From a virus (taxonomy: Duplodnaviria > Caudoviricetes): a stretch of 64,000 bases of DNA. The notes below the pieces were generated by a model that did not search any database, was not told the DNA's origin, and saw nothing but the letters and a program-made list of their open reading frames with translations. The translations under genes and the position numbers were made by a program. Shown piece by piece: positions 18,933 through 28,616 of the stretch; positions within the stretch are counted from its first letter, which is position 1, and each line of letters starts with the position of its first letter. The stretch lies in IMG/VR virus record IMGVR_UViG_3300042975_000096; one strand, written 5' to 3'.

Positions 18933-20093
18933 TTATTTTTTCGTATCTTCATATGTTATGTGAACTAAATCATAAAAATCATACATTCGTCTAGTGTTTG
19001 TATAGTTTAACCATGAATTTTTCATCTTGTTTAACATTTTAAACTGAATATAGTTTTTATTATTAGCTGGAACAATTATACCTGAATCTCCAGTAGTACA
19101 ATACTCATTTGTATTAATTAATCTAGAATAGTTTGCACTTACTTCAGGTAGTTTTTCAACATCTCGACCAAAAACAATACATCCTTTTATTACTTCGTTT
19201 ACATCATAAGATATATTCATATATTTGTTATAAAATTGTATTTTATATTTTTTACGTGGTTCAAATTTTACTAACATTGCATTTGCTTTATATTTATTAT
19301 CTCCATCATAACTAGTATCGCATATACCATTGTTATGTGTTGTTAATGTTATACCATTATCCCAATCTTCAGAACCATCATTCGTCCATGTTATTCTTAA
19401 ATCAAGCCCAATCATAAACATTTTTGTAATGCCACATGTTTGTTGCGGTGTTGTTAAATAAATGCAATCTTCTCCCATTTCCACTCGGCTATCAAAAATA
19501 TTTCTCATAGCAGTATATAAATAATCATAATCTTTTACATTAATAAAGTAATTATCATTAATAAAATATTCATCAAAAATATTATAAGTAATCGTAGAGC
19601 AAATTTGCCATACTGTACCATCTTTATCTTCCGTGTATCTCATTCCACTATCATATTCAGACCCAACAGGAGCTAATGGCAAATATCCATATTCATTGTT
19701 ACTATCTAATTGAACTTTTACATATTTTGTGGGAAATGGAAATAATGATGTATTTTTAAATATTACACATTCTATTGGTTTCCCGTTAACTGCATGAACA
19801 TAAAAAGAATGATAATATACAGGTAAATTTGACTTAACCCTTCTCAATGTATCGTTTCTAGTTCCAATCTCTCTATTGATTTTTCTTAATGTTTCAAACT
19901 GTATATTTCTTTGATTGTGAACCAACCTAGCAGTATCATTTTTCAGAACTTCTGTTCTGTGTATTTCTCTTTCTGTATCATTTCTTAAATACGCACTACG
20001 ATTTACCTGTCTATTGGTATCAAAATCCAAAGTAACACGTATACCCTGATTTTTTCCTTTTACTATAAATATTTTAGGATTAGCATTTATCAT
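18933..20093 (-). CDS. Tail-fibre-associated protein, paralog of 23418..24839
   Basis: Shared GITKMF.IGL..RIT, LTT..NG...TS..GD and ANAML.K blocks. Confidence 0.6.
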   Translation of the reverse strand: MINANPKIFIVKGKNQGIRVTLDFDTNRQVNRSAYLRNDTEREIHRTEVLKNDTARLVHNQRNIQFETLRKINREIGTRNDTLRRVKSNLPVYYHSFYVHAVNGKPIECVIFKNTSLFPFPTKYVKVQLDSNNEYGYLPLAPVGSEYDSGMRYTEDKDGTVWQICSTITYNIFDEYFINDNYFINVKDYDYLYTAMRNIFDSRVEMGEDCIYLTTPQQTCGITKMFMIGLDLRITWTNDGSEDWDNGITLTTHNNGICDTSYDGDNKYKANAMLVKFEPRKKYKIQFYNKYMNISYDVNEVIKGCIVFGRDVEKLPEVSANYSRLINTNEYCTTGDSGIIVPANNKNYIQFKMLNKMKNSWLNYTNTRRMYDFYDLVHITYEDTKK

Positions 20094-21037
20094 TATTTAA
20101 CACCAGCCTTTATATTAAAATCATTAATGATATTATCATAATCCCAAAAAATCTTTTCTATTGGATGTAATTCCATTATGTCAGAAGTGGTTCCGACTTT
20201 AGTATTTCTGGTTAATTGATTTTTATTTATATATGTATCGTCAACAGAAAATTCCAATTCATCAATACTCTTATCTGCATAAGCAATATCAGAAGCAATT
20301 TCAATTGCATAAATCACGTCATTATTACTCTGCACATCTACTAATTTTGTTCTATCAATATCTTGAGTTAAGATACTCCCATCTGTATTTGTTTCATAAT
20401 CCGTCTTAGCTGATTTGTTCCAGTTTGTTTTTATAGTCGTATCCACAATATCACAAACAATATCACCTAACCTTGTATTTCCAATTATAAAATCAGAAAA
20501 CGCAATTCCATGGCGCAAAGAATCCTCATTAGGTATATAAATTATATTTTTACAATCAATTTTTGTTGGTGATTGACCATCAAAATAAACAACTGCCTTA
20601 CCTTGATTGGTGTATGCCAATTTATTGTCTATCCATAATTCAATCAATTCTTCCTTGCTGTTACTCTTTAAATGTAACTCATATGATGTTAATTTATCCA
20701 TCTGAATTGGTTTTCGATATACAACTGTATCCTTACAACATATGCATAAATTTGTTTCTTCATCTATACCCAAATATAAATTTCCACCTAACGTTTGAAC
20801 CTGAATGAAATCTTTTCGTCCATTCCAAACCTCATTAGTTAAATTAATATACATATCAAATCGAAAATATACACTAATCATACGATAATTACTATATATT
20901 CTATGCCAATTTTCATAATCCAAAGGGATAAAATATTGTTTACAGTTTGTATATTTACTATCTGTATTTTGATAATAATTAAATTGACTATCTTCAAATA
21001 AGGAAGGGAAACCGGGGTTAATATACAACAAACTCAT
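20093..21037 (-). CDS. Putative receptor-binding / lectin-like tail protein (YxNPG family)
   Basis: N-terminal YINPG; beta-rich, ELHL...IELWID; paralog of 24843 and 25877. Confidence 0.55.
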   Translation of the reverse strand: MSLLYINPGFPSLFEDSQFNYYQNTDSKYTNCKQYFIPLDYENWHRIYSNYRMISVYFRFDMYINLTNEVWNGRKDFIQVQTLGGNLYLGIDEETNLCICCKDTVVYRKPIQMDKLTSYELHLKSNSKEELIELWIDNKLAYTNQGKAVVYFDGQSPTKIDCKNIIYIPNEDSLRHGIAFSDFIIGNTRLGDIVCDIVDTTIKTNWNKSAKTDYETNTDGSILTQDIDRTKLVDVQSNNDVIYAIEIASDIAYADKSIDELEFSVDDTYINKNQLTRNTKVGTTSDIMELHPIEKIFWDYDNIINDFNIKAGVK

Positions 21038-21052
21038 ATTATTTCACTCCCC

Positions 21053-21472
21053 TTACATAGTAACAATATAACTATCCACCTTTACTGATACGGATATATC
21101 TCTCCTTGGTCTTTCATCTACTGATGAAGAAACCTGTAACCAAAAAATCGTATTTGTATCTGTAATATCATCTGTTATTACTAATTGCTTTTGAAAAATA
21201 CCTTTTGTTTTTGCTTCATCGCCATTCGCAAAATCCTCATCTTTAGCAACCATCCACTTTTCTTGCGTTAGTCCTAGAAATGATATTGAGGTTCTACTAC
21301 TCTTATATCCCTTTTCTGTTCTAATTGCACACTTAACATATTTAATTTCACTATTAGTTGCATCTAAAGAAACTGTTATTGGTGATGTTTGTACATCATT
21401 CTGACTAACAATATCTCCATCCTGTTTTCCTTTAGTTACATTTCCTGTATATAAATTTATATATTCGTTCAC
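21053..21472 (-). CDS. Tail-fibre-associated structural protein
   Basis: INLYTGNVTKGKQDGDIVS...SPITVSLDA...KCAIRTEKGY; resembles a family I recall from Negativicutes prophage tail regions. Confidence 0.6.
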   Translation of the reverse strand: MNEYINLYTGNVTKGKQDGDIVSQNDVQTSPITVSLDATNSEIKYVKCAIRTEKGYKSSRTSISFLGLTQEKWMVAKDEDFANGDEAKTKGIFQKQLVITDDITDTNTIFWLQVSSSVDERPRRDISVSVKVDSYIVTM

Positions 21473-21534
21473 TAATATTCACGTCCTTTTTATTTTAAAA
21501 GGAAGAAAACCTATATAAATTTTCTTCCTTTTTT

Positions 21535-23394
21535 TTACTTAATATATACTGCATATTGACTTGGTGTAAATACCAAATACGTTCCATCCATATATCCGAC
21601 TTTTTTATTATATAATTTACTTGTAGTTACAGACGTATATACATATTTTCCATTTTTATCTAAGAAGCAATCTTCTCCATCATGCGAATTATCCATTGTA
21701 TCATATATACCATATTCAATAATTCTCACTGTTCCATCAGTTTTACTATCCTCTATTGCCAAAACAATATTGGAACATGTATTAACAGCTCTATTATCTG
21801 CCAATCTATAACCGCCCTTAGAATAATACAATATATTACCTGCCGAACAAGAAACACCAGAAGCCATATTTCCAACATGCGTTATGGCAATACCTGATTG
21901 TGATTTTTTCAATGCATTAATATCATCTTGCATTTTAGCAATCTGTGCCAATGTCGTTGGATTAAATGAACTACCATCTATTGCTTTCGCGCTAGTATCA
22001 ATCCATACTCTGCCACCAGGAATGTGCATCATATCGGTTGCATGAATTACAGGAGAGGTTAAATCGTTATCCTGAACATAAGCATTATCATTATATTCTA
22101 ATTTATCTGAATCTCCTGAGTTCGTGACCAAATAACGTTTATCTTTATCATTTAACGTTACTTTAACATTTAATGCTGAACCATCAATTGCATCACTCAA
22201 TGCATATTTATGTTTATGATTATATAATGCATTGCTAGTAACTAAATCCTTACTCTTATCAGTTCCTTGTATACTAAAATCAACACCATGAGAACAAGCA
22301 TCTGCCAATGTATAACCCTCATATGTTTTATTAGTAATTGCTTGAATATCAGATTTATTAATAACTTCTTTATCATTAGAGTATAAAACACCATTAATCT
22401 CATAAGCATTTTTATTACTATACGTATATTCTTTTTCTTTTTGATTGTGCGCTCCAACCAAAAACATTTTTCCTGTATCTTGTGTAGCATTTGTTGTACC
22501 GCTTACTGCCTCATCAGGTAACGTATAGGTCTTGTTGTTAATGGCTGTTATTAATCCCTTTTCACTAACGGTTACTTGTGGAACAATAAAATCATCATTC
22601 ATGGCTAATATTGCATTCGCATTTGGGCCATAGGTGCCAGGAATTACACCATTATTTATTAATGATGCTTTTACCTGTATATTCTTTTGACTACCATCAA
22701 ATAAATATGAAGCAATAACATCTCCATAAAAAGAAATCATTGCAGGTGTAGTCAATCTATTTGCTGAATTGGCTTCACCATCTAAGTCACCATGAAATTT
22801 ATTAGCAGTTATTTCATTATTTTGCATAAATACATTGTCATTCTTTTTTAATGCATTTGAATCTGAACCTGCTAAAAACAATTTGCTTATATCGTCAACA
22901 ACAATTTTTACAGTATTTGCATCTCCACCGGGAATATCACTACCTGCATATTTATGTGTATGCGTTAACATGTCATTAATTAACTTATCAACATCTGCTC
23001 TTAGCTTATCTAATAAATTTTTATTTTTATCTTCTTCATCATTAACCACTTTTGTTAGGTCAGCCAAATCACTTTGTAATTTTCTAATATTATTACGTAT
23101 GTCTGAAAAATCTTTATCATTTTTATCATTTTGTTTTGCAATCGCATCTTTTAGATTTGCTATATCTGTAATAATATTCTCACAAGTTGTTTTCAAAAAT
23201 GCTGTTCGATTTGCCAATTGTTCATGAGGTATATTATCAAATCCATGTACCCCACCGTGAACATAATCTTGCTCATCGATTTCATATATTTTATCTTCCC
23301 ATTTGTTTTCTTCCGTAACATTTGAGTTTTCAGTCAACTGGTCTTGTTGTTGCGCTACCCCATCTATATTAATTATTTTTGGCAAAACTATCAC
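21535..23394 (-). CDS. Tail fibre protein B
   Basis: EQLANRTAFLK N-terminal fibre motif, coiled coil, HTHKYAGS and GDVIASYLFDGS fibre repeats. Confidence 0.8.
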   Translation of the reverse strand: MIVLPKIINIDGVAQQQDQLTENSNVTEENKWEDKIYEIDEQDYVHGGVHGFDNIPHEQLANRTAFLKTTCENIITDIANLKDAIAKQNDKNDKDFSDIRNNIRKLQSDLADLTKVVNDEEDKNKNLLDKLRADVDKLINDMLTHTHKYAGSDIPGGDANTVKIVVDDISKLFLAGSDSNALKKNDNVFMQNNEITANKFHGDLDGEANSANRLTTPAMISFYGDVIASYLFDGSQKNIQVKASLINNGVIPGTYGPNANAILAMNDDFIVPQVTVSEKGLITAINNKTYTLPDEAVSGTTNATQDTGKMFLVGAHNQKEKEYTYSNKNAYEINGVLYSNDKEVINKSDIQAITNKTYEGYTLADACSHGVDFSIQGTDKSKDLVTSNALYNHKHKYALSDAIDGSALNVKVTLNDKDKRYLVTNSGDSDKLEYNDNAYVQDNDLTSPVIHATDMMHIPGGRVWIDTSAKAIDGSSFNPTTLAQIAKMQDDINALKKSQSGIAITHVGNMASGVSCSAGNILYYSKGGYRLADNRAVNTCSNIVLAIEDSKTDGTVRIIEYGIYDTMDNSHDGEDCFLDKNGKYVYTSVTTSKLYNKKVGYMDGTYLVFTPSQYAVYIK

Positions 23395-23417
23395 CGCCTT
23401 TGATTATATATCTATTT

Positions 23418-24839
23418 CTACTTATTTAATACTTTGCCAAATTTATCGTATTCGTATTTCATTTTTTGCAAATCAAAATAATTATACATTTCTTTAGAAT
23501 TTGTATATTTCAAATAATTCTTCTTAAAATAAGAAACGATTTTATTTGTGGAATCAACAATGTTTATATAATTTGTTTCTGTGTTATATATAAACCATTT
23601 GTTGCTTCTAACCAACGCTATATAATTATCACACGACTCATTCAACGCTTCTACTGTAGTACCTAATACAATAGCATTTTTTACAGGCGCATCAGTAGGA
23701 TAAACCATTCCAGAATAATTATCATCAAATTCAATTTTAAATTTCTCTCTAGAATTCATTTTTATTAGCATAGCATTCGCTACTTTATGATAATCTCCAC
23801 CAAAACTAGTATGATTTAAACCATTATCATATGTTGTTAGCTCATAATCATATTCTGTAGTAATACGAATATTTAATCCAATCAAGAACATTTTAGTGAT
23901 TCCTGCCCTTGAAGATGGTGGCGAAAAATATACACTTTTTTTATCTTCTCCCATTGAAACACGTGCTGTTCCAAAAATACCAACTAAAATTGTATATAAA
24001 TTTTCATAACTATCTAAAGGAATTATCATATTACCAAATGGGAAATATTTATTAATAATACTATCTTGTCTACCAGTACAGATTTGAAAAATATGACCAA
24101 ATTTATCTTGGCATCTTGCTCCACTATCAAAATCTTCATTTACATGATTTAATGGTATATACCTATGTTTACCATCTGAACATGCCATTGTCAAATGAAC
24201 ATTTTGTATTGGAAATCCTTGTGTATCATCATACATTTTACATCTAACAATTTTATCCATGAATTTATTATACAAAACCAAATAGTATATTTTTTGTCTA
24301 TTTTTTCCACCAAAATCATAATCTATATAAGTTAAAAATGGAATATCATCAATAGTTATACCGTGAGAAACATTATATGTAATAAATGGATTGATTTTTA
24401 CATGTTCAGGACATGTAAAATTATAAGTCAAAAACGGATGTATTTCCGATGGATAACCAACTACAGTTGTATCCTTATCAATTCTTTTGCCTACTCGTTC
24501 CACTTGAATATCAGTCATTAGTGTATTATTAACATATTGTTTTTTGTGTACATCTATGTCTACATCAATTTGATTATGCAACTGTTTATTTGTTGGATTA
24601 TCAATAATACCAAACACAATAAAATCTGCTTCTGTTTTTGTAGCATAATCAACTATAGGCATAACATTGTTCAGTTTTGTTCCTATTTGAAAATTACTTG
24701 AAAGAATAATCATTGTTTTTGGATTTAAATTTGTCTGTGTTTCATTTGAAAACAATAATTCATTTTTTGGAACATAAGAACTGTCACCCACATTTGTAAC
24801 AGTTCCATACATTTTTGGATTATAATTTAATTTAGCCAT
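23418..24839 (-). CDS. Tail-fibre-associated protein, paralog of 18933..20093
   Basis: Shared GITKMF domain. Confidence 0.6.
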   Translation of the reverse strand: MAKLNYNPKMYGTVTNVGDSSYVPKNELLFSNETQTNLNPKTMIILSSNFQIGTKLNNVMPIVDYATKTEADFIVFGIIDNPTNKQLHNQIDVDIDVHKKQYVNNTLMTDIQVERVGKRIDKDTTVVGYPSEIHPFLTYNFTCPEHVKINPFITYNVSHGITIDDIPFLTYIDYDFGGKNRQKIYYLVLYNKFMDKIVRCKMYDDTQGFPIQNVHLTMACSDGKHRYIPLNHVNEDFDSGARCQDKFGHIFQICTGRQDSIINKYFPFGNMIIPLDSYENLYTILVGIFGTARVSMGEDKKSVYFSPPSSRAGITKMFLIGLNIRITTEYDYELTTYDNGLNHTSFGGDYHKVANAMLIKMNSREKFKIEFDDNYSGMVYPTDAPVKNAIVLGTTVEALNESCDNYIALVRSNKWFIYNTETNYINIVDSTNKIVSYFKKNYLKYTNSKEMYNYFDLQKMKYEYDKFGKVLNK

Positions 24840-24842
24840 ATA

Positions 24843-25859
24843 TTACACTTCTTCTTTTGAAGCACTCGTTACTGTAAATGTAGCATTTTGCAAACTTTCC
24901 TTACTCCAAAAATCATTTGTTGCAGGATTCTTAATCAATAACTTTGATTTTACACCATGATAGCTTTTGTTTGCTAAACTCTCAACATCAAAATCAGTTC
25001 CGCTAACTCCATATTTTATTACATTGTTAGTACCCTCACTATATGCAACATCGCTTCCCAACATAATTGCATCAAATTTTGTATTATCATATAATGGATT
25101 TATTTTATTTAATGCATCCATATCTATCTTTTGAATAATTGTCTGACCTACATTATCAGAAACATAACTATCACCATTTTGAACCCATGTACTATTAACA
25201 ACGGTGGTTGGTATAATTAAACACTTTTTATTTCCCAACCGTTCAGTACCAACAATAATATTAGAATAATAAGATTCTTCATTATATGCCTGTGTCATGG
25301 TTTCATTTACATTTGATGGCATTCCATGACCTATTTCAAAAGTCAATATTTGCGCTTTTTCAAAATATTTTGAATCTGCCGTACTGCCTTTTTTAACATT
25401 ATTAACCCACGCTTCAATAATATCAAATCCACTTTCCTGAGAGGTGTTTAAATGAATTTCAACCGTAAACAATTCATTATTATATTGTTCCATATGCGGA
25501 ACAACAAGAATTTCTGTAAATATATTCATCTTATCCAATCTTCCAATATATAACGATTCTTGTTTTAATATTCCGACTAAATATGGATATTTATCATTAT
25601 CCGTGCCAATTCTAAAAATTGGAGTTGTATTATCAGCGGTATTTATTCCAATATCATAATAATTCGTTCTTTTATAAGCATCAAATTTTACATATACGTC
25701 TTGTTGTCTTATATCATCACATACATGATATAAAGCTCCTTTATTTACAACAATTGCACTACCACTAATCGTATATTTATTATCAGAAATATTTTTTTTA
25801 TTACTTGTTAAATTCGGTAAAAACTGATAAAAACCTGGATTACCATATATAATACTCAA
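24843..25859 (-). CDS. Putative receptor-binding / lectin-like tail protein (YxNPG family)
   Basis: YGNPG, EIHL...IEAWVN; paralog of 20093. Confidence 0.55.
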   Translation of the reverse strand: MSIIYGNPGFYQFLPNLTSNKKNISDNKYTISGSAIVVNKGALYHVCDDIRQQDVYVKFDAYKRTNYYDIGINTADNTTPIFRIGTDNDKYPYLVGILKQESLYIGRLDKMNIFTEILVVPHMEQYNNELFTVEIHLNTSQESGFDIIEAWVNNVKKGSTADSKYFEKAQILTFEIGHGMPSNVNETMTQAYNEESYYSNIIVGTERLGNKKCLIIPTTVVNSTWVQNGDSYVSDNVGQTIIQKIDMDALNKINPLYDNTKFDAIMLGSDVAYSEGTNNVIKYGVSGTDFDVESLANKSYHGVKSKLLIKNPATNDFWSKESLQNATFTVTSASKEEV

Positions 25860-25876
25860 TTTTAATCACTCTCCTG

Positions 25877-26800
25877 TTAATTATTTTTTGCATTAATTAA
25901 AATTTTTCTATTTGTTATATCCGTTGACTTGAAATTTGAAGAAGTGTTTGGGTCTTTCTCCAAATAAGTGTTATTATATTTTGTCATATTTGGGTCAACA
26001 GAAAAAGAATCAATAATGTTATTACTCAAATATTCTTCAATATTTGTTTTATTAATATCACCATTTTCTATAATAGAAGCTACACCAAATCCAGTTATAT
26101 CTTTATATAGATTTTCATTTAATAATTCTGTTATCATAAATGTTTGTTGGCTTCCATTAGCAATAATAGCTTGGCTCATATTAGTTTTTAACATTTTTAT
26201 TCTTTCGTTTCCAATTTTATTTAAATCATTAAATATAATGTGAGATAAACAAACACTCATATTATCTCCATAATTACAATAAAAATTAAATCTATTAATT
26301 ATGTCATCACCAATTGTGTTGTCAATAATTGTTTGGTCTAATTTACAATTAACATAAACCTCAACATTTGTAATAACATTACGTGTTATATGCAATTCAA
26401 ATGTATTAATTTCATTAGCATTTACATACCAAACATTTCCAATTATATTGTTGGAATTAGTTAAAATAGCTAACTGAAACTTCGTCGGTTTATATTGTTT
26501 ATAACACAATTTCAAATTTTGATTTGGTGTTTTATCATTATAAAAATCAAAAACCTTTACCCAATTTGATATTACATTCGTTGAATCAACGTCTTTGCCT
26601 ATCATTAAATCAAACAAAATATAAAACTCTTTAACATTGTTCAGCATTTTATAAAACACATCTGAATCGTTGCTACTTAAATCAACGTAATATCCTGTTC
26701 TACTGTGTTCAAATTCATCTTCTATACCTACACTCAATTTATTTAACGTTTGATATTCAAATAATTGTGGCATTCCTGGATTTACATATTTCACTATCAA
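25877..26800 (-). CDS. Putative receptor-binding / lectin-like tail protein (YxNPG family)
   Basis: YVNPG, FELHI...VEVYVN. Confidence 0.55.
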   Translation of the reverse strand: MIVKYVNPGMPQLFEYQTLNKLSVGIEDEFEHSRTGYYVDLSSNDSDVFYKMLNNVKEFYILFDLMIGKDVDSTNVISNWVKVFDFYNDKTPNQNLKLCYKQYKPTKFQLAILTNSNNIIGNVWYVNANEINTFELHITRNVITNVEVYVNCKLDQTIIDNTIGDDIINRFNFYCNYGDNMSVCLSHIIFNDLNKIGNERIKMLKTNMSQAIIANGSQQTFMITELLNENLYKDITGFGVASIIENGDINKTNIEEYLSNNIIDSFSVDPNMTKYNNTYLEKDPNTSSNFKSTDITNRKILINAKNN

Positions 26801-26870
26801 TCACCCACCATTTAAAAATGAGAAGAAATATTTATTTTGTTTTCTTCTCATTTTCATTATATTCTGAAAT

Positions 26871-28616
26871 TTACTTAATATATATTGCAAACTGACTTGG
26901 ACGGAACACTAAATAACTTCCCTCAACAAATCCAATCTTTTTACTATATAGTCCTGAAGTTGTAATCGCACCAAAAACAATTTTTCCATTTTCTCCTACA
27001 TAACAATTTTCACCATCATGTGTCGAATCACCTAAATTATATACGCCAACATCAATAACACTAACTGTGCCGGATATTCCGTCTGTAGCTGATATTACAA
27101 CGTTTTCACATGTTTCAACAGATTTATTATTCGCCAAAACATATCCATTTTTTTGATATACCAATAATGTTCCTTCAAACACACTCAATCCTGAAGCCAA
27201 TGGAACAACTCGAGTCTTTTTAGCATAACTACCTGTATCCTCTGCAATATCTGCTTTTCCTGACCATGCATTATCATCAACAGGAACTTCTACAGAATCT
27301 ATCCAAATTTTACCACCAGGAATATACATATTTTCAGTGGCAGTTAAATCTTCTGAAAATAATCCTTTTCCCTTGACATAAATATTTGTGTTTTTAGTTA
27401 ATTTTCCTTGTTCATCATTATTATTAACTAAAAAAGTTTTATTTGCATTATCAACAGAAATATTTACATATAATGATTTACCATCAATAGAATCACTAAT
27501 TGCATAATTGTGTTTATGTCTAGCCAAACTATTACTTGTTACAAGTCGATTATCATCCTTTGTTCCACCAACTTTTTCATCAACACCACGTGCACAAGCA
27601 TCTGCTAATTCATATCCTTCATATGTTTTGTTGGTTAAAGATTGAAAATCACTTAAATTAACAACCTCTTTATCATTGGAATATAAACTGTGTTCATCAA
27701 TATAAACACCATTTTGAGAATATACAGAAGACTTTTCTGCCTGTTCGGAAGCACCTAAAACAAAAATCTTTTTATCAGTATTCTTAGAACTAGTAATACC
27801 ATTAATGCCCATATTATTAGGTAATGTAATTGTTCTATTTCTGATTTTTGTAATAATACCTAATGTATTTACTGTAATATCAGGAACAGTAAATGAACCT
27901 GTGCTAGACAACGTATAGTTACCTACCGCTCCATATTCACCAGGAGATACACTCTGCTCTTTAATTGAAGTATTAATAATAACGTCCTTATCTCCATCAA
28001 AATCAATACTACCAACAACATCTCCACTTAATGTTATTTTTGGCTTATAATACAATTTCTTTGCATTATTTGCCGTTCCTGTTAAGTCACCTATAAACTC
28101 TTGTGCAGTTAATGAACCATTTTCCATACTAATATTAGAATTTCTTCTAATTTTATTCGCAGTTAATGCATTTGTGCCTATTAAAAAATTCTTTGATATG
28201 CTATCTTCAACAATATCAACAGTAGATGCATCTCCACTTGGTTTTGCACTACCTGCATAATTGTGAGTGTGCGATAACATACTTGCTTGTAAAGCAGTTA
28301 CCGATGTTGTTAAACTATCCAATTCATTAACGATTTTCTTTTCATCCATAGCACTACTGGTTTTACTAAGATTATCAACCTCGTCCTGTAATGATTTAAT
28401 TACTCTTTGAAAATCATTCATATCTTTTGTCGTATCTGTCTTAAACGTATTTATATAACTCTGCAACGTATCTAATGTTGTTTTTAAATATAACGTTCTG
28501 TTTGCTAATTGCTGATTTGCTATATCATTATTCGGGTCAACTTTAGATATACTAGGAGAATATGTGTTTATTTCTGTTACTGAAGCCAATGTATCATCAC
28601 CCCTTATGGCATCCAA
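26871..28616 (-). CDS. Tail fibre protein A
   Basis: QQLANRTLYLK, HTHNYAGS, SGDVVGSIDFDG; full-length paralog of 21535..23394. Confidence 0.8.
   Translation of the reverse strand: MDAIRGDDTLASVTEINTYSPSISKVDPNNDIANQQLANRTLYLKTTLDTLQSYINTFKTDTTKDMNDFQRVIKSLQDEVDNLSKTSSAMDEKKIVNELDSLTTSVTALQASMLSHTHNYAGSAKPSGDASTVDIVEDSISKNFLIGTNALTANKIRRNSNISMENGSLTAQEFIGDLTGTANNAKKLYYKPKITLSGDVVGSIDFDGDKDVIINTSIKEQSVSPGEYGAVGNYTLSSTGSFTVPDITVNTLGIITKIRNRTITLPNNMGINGITSSKNTDKKIFVLGASEQAEKSSVYSQNGVYIDEHSLYSNDKEVVNLSDFQSLTNKTYEGYELADACARGVDEKVGGTKDDNRLVTSNSLARHKHNYAISDSIDGKSLYVNISVDNANKTFLVNNNDEQGKLTKNTNIYVKGKGLFSEDLTATENMYIPGGKIWIDSVEVPVDDNAWSGKADIAEDTGSYAKKTRVVPLASGLSVFEGTLLVYQKNGYVLANNKSVETCENVVISATDGISGTVSVIDVGVYNLGDSTHDGENCYVGENGKIVFGAITTSGLYSKKIGFVEGSYLVFRPSQFAIYIK

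Noticed and set aside
18933-28616. Diversity-generating retroelement or invertible tail-fibre switch
   Set aside because: No reverse transcriptase or invertase in the window, no near-identical template/variable repeat pair seen, and both cassettes are co-oriented and well diverged.
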